The notes beneath the pieces were generated by a model. The model was not told the DNA's origin. It searched no databases and was given only the letters and a program-made list of their open reading frames with translations. Position numbers and translations under genes: made by a program. DNA of 64,000 nucleotides. It comes from Octopus sinensis (lineage: Eukaryota). The stretch lies in assembly GCF_006345805.1 (NCBI RefSeq), contig NW_021831840.1:1-64000 (forward strand), given 5' to 3'. This document shows positions 60,700 to 64,000 of this stretch, one piece after another; within the stretch, counting starts at the first letter, position 1; each line of letters begins with the position of its first letter.

Positions 60700-63480
60700 C
60701 AAATCAAAATTTATTCCAAAGACCACCGTTTACCAAAAGAAAAAACTAACTAGGTGATCCCGACGGATTTGATCATTGCTCTCAGCTTCGCTCTGTGCTG
60801 GTCTCTTGAGCCCACACAAGATCGTTGAGGGCGGATCGTTTCTTTATACCATTGGTACCCTTTTGTATTCTTCACAATGAGAGTTTCGAAAGAGATTGGT
60901 GGTTTGATAGCTTCACCTGTATACCACCTTTCGGTAAGTGTGAAAGCTCTTTTCTGGGTTGCGGAGATTTTACGGATGTTTGTATTCGAAATCAGTGGCC
61001 CTTATGAGGCACAAACATATGAGATACATGGTTCGATATACTGTGAGTAGAGTGTTTTAAGTATAGGGTGAATTCCCATCTTCCATAGACCAGTTAGGGA
61101 TTTCAGGAGGTTGATTTTCTTTTCACATTTGTTCAGCACATTTGTGACATGTTTAGAGAAGTTCATGTGCGTGTCATAAGTTAATCCCAATATCTTTTGC
61201 CATTTGCTGAAAGGTAATACTCTTCCCTCCACAACAACTTCGATTGAAGTTTTCGATAGTCTTTTGGCTGAGGAGTAGAGAGTTGTAACAGATTTTTCTG
61301 TGTTAATCGACATCTGGTTTACGTTAAACCACTCAACTAGGTGATCCAGGTTTTGTTGTAATCTTCCTTTTGCTGTTTGGATGTTCTGGTCCCGTGATGC
61401 CAATACAATGTCATCTGCACAGGCCAGAAGGAGATCGTCATCGCCATTAGGCGTCGAAATATCGGCCGTAAACAAATTGAATAGGAAAGGTGATAATGGT
61501 GAGCCCTGGGGTACACCATTTGGGAATAGACGGGAAATGGAACTAATGTTTCCAAAGCATACTCTTCCTCTTCGACCGCTGAGGAAGTTAGTCAGCCAGA
61601 GCTTGAGGTCTTCAGAGATGTTTGATTGGTAGATTTTCCATGCTAGGTTTTTTCTAGGCACAGCGTCGAAGGCTTTGTGGATATCCAGCGAACAAAGTAC
61701 AGTTTTCTGATGTCTTGGCTTGCACGAAATGCCAGAACGGATAAAGTTAGTCAAGGAGCTAAGGAAGCTTGCAGTGGAACAATCTTTTTTGAATCCATGT
61801 TGGAAAGCCTTGTTGGGAATGCTGTTAATGATTTTTGTGAGGATGAGTTTTTCCAGAGTTTTTGACATGGAACATAATAGGGAAATTGGCCTGAAGAGAG
61901 GCCTGGTCTTGTTTTGGTTTTCCACTCTTCAAAATTGGGCGGATGTTCGCCAATTTCCAAATCGTTGGGATTGAGTTGTGGTTAATCGACCAATTGTAGA
62001 TTTTTGTGAGAACACTGATTCCCTCATTCCCTATGTTTTTCAGGAGAATTATAGGAATGCCGTCGGGACCATGTGAATATGTTACTTTTGTTTGGCGTAG
62101 GGATTCCAATACTTCTTTTTCAGTGAAATGAGTTGAATGTTTACTTTTCAGCTTCCTTAGCGGCGGATTGGATGGGTCAGTCTTCATACGATCCTTGTGG
62201 GAGATTTTCGCGTAGTATTTTATTAAGGCATTTAGGTCTTTTTGGCTGAATTCGTCGTCTCCAGGTGTTTCCTCATTAGCCTTCCAAATGTTCCGAATAG
62301 ATTTCCAGATCTCGGATGTCGACCGATTACGGTTTAGAGACGTAAGTACTTTACTCCATTTCGCTCTTTGAGTTTTGAATTCACTAGCTTTTATTTCGTC
62401 GTTCAACACTTTCAAACGGATCCTTGCTTCGGAGGTTCGGATCCCTACTTTTTTAAGACGATTTCTTTCCTTGACAAGAGACTTCCTTCCATAGTTACAT
62501 GTGTAAGAGGCATGTCTTTGAGGAACAGTCTTGGCTCTTGCTTCTAGAATGATCTTGTTGACGTAGGCAACAGCCGCGTCAAGAGAGGTGAAGTCTTCCA
62601 GTTTTATATTTGCGAATTGTTGGTCAGTGAGCGATCGGAATAGTTGCCAATTTGCCAGATTGTATATGTAAACAGGTTTCTTCTTTTTTCTTGTAATTTC
62701 TCTTTTGATTTTTAGCAAAATAGGGTTGTGGTCACTGCGAGTGTCGTAGATCACCGACCAATTGATTGTTGTTGCAAGGTGTGGTGAACAGAGAGTGATA
62801 TCTGGTGAGGTAGGGTTGTCAGAGATCCTTTGAGGTGTTTCTGTATTTTTGGATGGGTCGTTTATGATTGTCAAATTTCCAGACTGCGACAGTAGTAAAT
62901 TCCCTCTTGTATCTGCGGACTGATTTGACAGCCAAAGGGGATGTTTAGCATTTAAGTCACCACATATGACGACGTCCTTTAAGCTCTCCAAAGCTGACAA
63001 GTTAGGCATGGTGTAAGGTTTCGAGCATGAGCCCAAGGGAGGGATATACATGTTAACCAGAAATAATCTTCCTTTTGTTGTCCCAACAGATATCCCAATT
63101 ATCTCCGTGGTTTCATCACTTTTCAAGAGACTCTTAATTTCGAGAGTATGGTCCACATGTTTTAGTCCTTTCCTGATTAATGTAAGCAGTCCTCCGCCAC
63201 GTTTCTTGTTACGATCGATGCGTAGTATGTTGTATTCAGGAAAAAGGGGAGTAGTATCTTTTGCTGATAGCTTCGATTCTTGGATAGGCAGGATGTCGAC
63301 TTTGAGTTTCACGAGCAGAGATCTGAGTTCGAGAATTTTTCCTTTAATTCCGTTCACGTTTAGTTGTATGACAATGATCCGATCCTTTGACTTGTTTGGG
63401 CCAGGCGTCCGAGAAGCTGATGTTAGACCGGTAATCCGTCGACCAGGGGTGAGATTTACCCCCGGTGGAAGAGAGCTTTA
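60700..63480 (-). mobile_element. APE-RT LINE ORF2 (endonuclease and RT), frameshifted, 3' part deleted
   Basis: QLNVNG, IQESKL, RGGGLL, GDLNAKH, SDHNPI, FRPISLL, GVPQGSPLSPFLFN; (ATTTG)n tail at ~60700. Confidence 0.92.
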
Positions 63481-63620
63481 AATCTTCAGCCTTTTTAGCA
63501 GCTGATTTAGCCTCCAGAGCGCACGAGGTTAGATGTGAAGAAGAGAAAGTATCCCAGCAGCTTGCATTCCATACCAGGCCTTTTCCCCTTTCAAATGGGA
63601 AAAGGGTCATCCCGTCAATT
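63480..63620 (-). mobile_element. CRE-like REL fragment
   Basis: DGMTLFPFERGKGLVWNASCWDTF..AAKKAEDLK. Confidence 0.75.
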
Positions 63621-63728
63621 TCAAAAATTTCGGAATTATACTTTTTTTGGATTACTCAACAAAATTTCGCAATGATACTTTTTATTATACGAGATTTTTT
63701 CCCTTCCAACTTGCAAATTTTGTGGATA

Positions 63729-64000
63729 ATGGCACCTAAAGTTAGCACAAAAGGACAAAAAAGAGCTCCTATAAAAACCAAAAATGTTTCTGTTGCTACA
63801 AAGAAAAAAAAGAAAAGGAGAACTTTTTCGATATATATTATAAAAATTTTAAAGACAGTACATAATCAACTTGGGATTTCAAGGAAGGCTATGATGACTA
63901 TGGACAGTTTCGCATTCGATGTTTATGACAAAATAAAAACCGAGGCTTCAAATCTAGTCTATCAGAATTCGAAGGCTACCATTACCTCACGTGAAATACA
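63729..64000 (+). CDS. H2B: Histone H2B, divergent, running off the window end (missed by the ORF track)
   Basis: MAPKVSTKGQKRAP..KKKKRRTFSIYIIKILKTVHNQLGISRKAMMTMDSF..EASNLV..NSKATITSREI, open to the end of the window. Confidence 0.9.
   Translation, partial: MAPKVSTKGQKRAPIKTKNVSVATKKKKKRRTFSIYIIKILKTVHNQLGISRKAMMTMDSFAFDVYDKIKTEASNLVYQNSKATITSREI

Overview
AT-rich eukaryotic, probably animal, DNA with very short (about 22-31 nt) GT-AG introns. A reduced parasite such as a myxozoan fits, but that is inference. Most of the window is nested, decayed transposons: CRE-like and R4/Dong-like REL retroelements, APE-RT LINEs, hAT, Tigger, Tc1/IS630-like and Ginger-type integrase DNA transposons. 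Host-derived genes are an intact but divergent histone H3, a broken H4, the start of a divergent H2B, a four-repeat annexin with damaged splice sites, an SDR fragment, a tRNA-His with a decayed 5' half, and a multiply inactivated mitochondrial DNA polymerase gamma (POLG) pseudogene. Three results stand out. (1) A ~2 kb endogenized nodavirus-like RNA1 (membrane anchor, methyltransferase, RdRp to motif A) is split by a 3.2 kb LINE with a 13-bp TSD. (2) The dead POLG would imply mitochondrial genome loss if it is the only copy. (3) One Ginger2-type transposon looks intact, with five mini-introns and a TTAGGG patch just 3' of its gene, and other Ginger copies carry similar patches. All family assignments come from manual translation and motif recognition; no database search was run, and boundaries of decayed elements are approximate.
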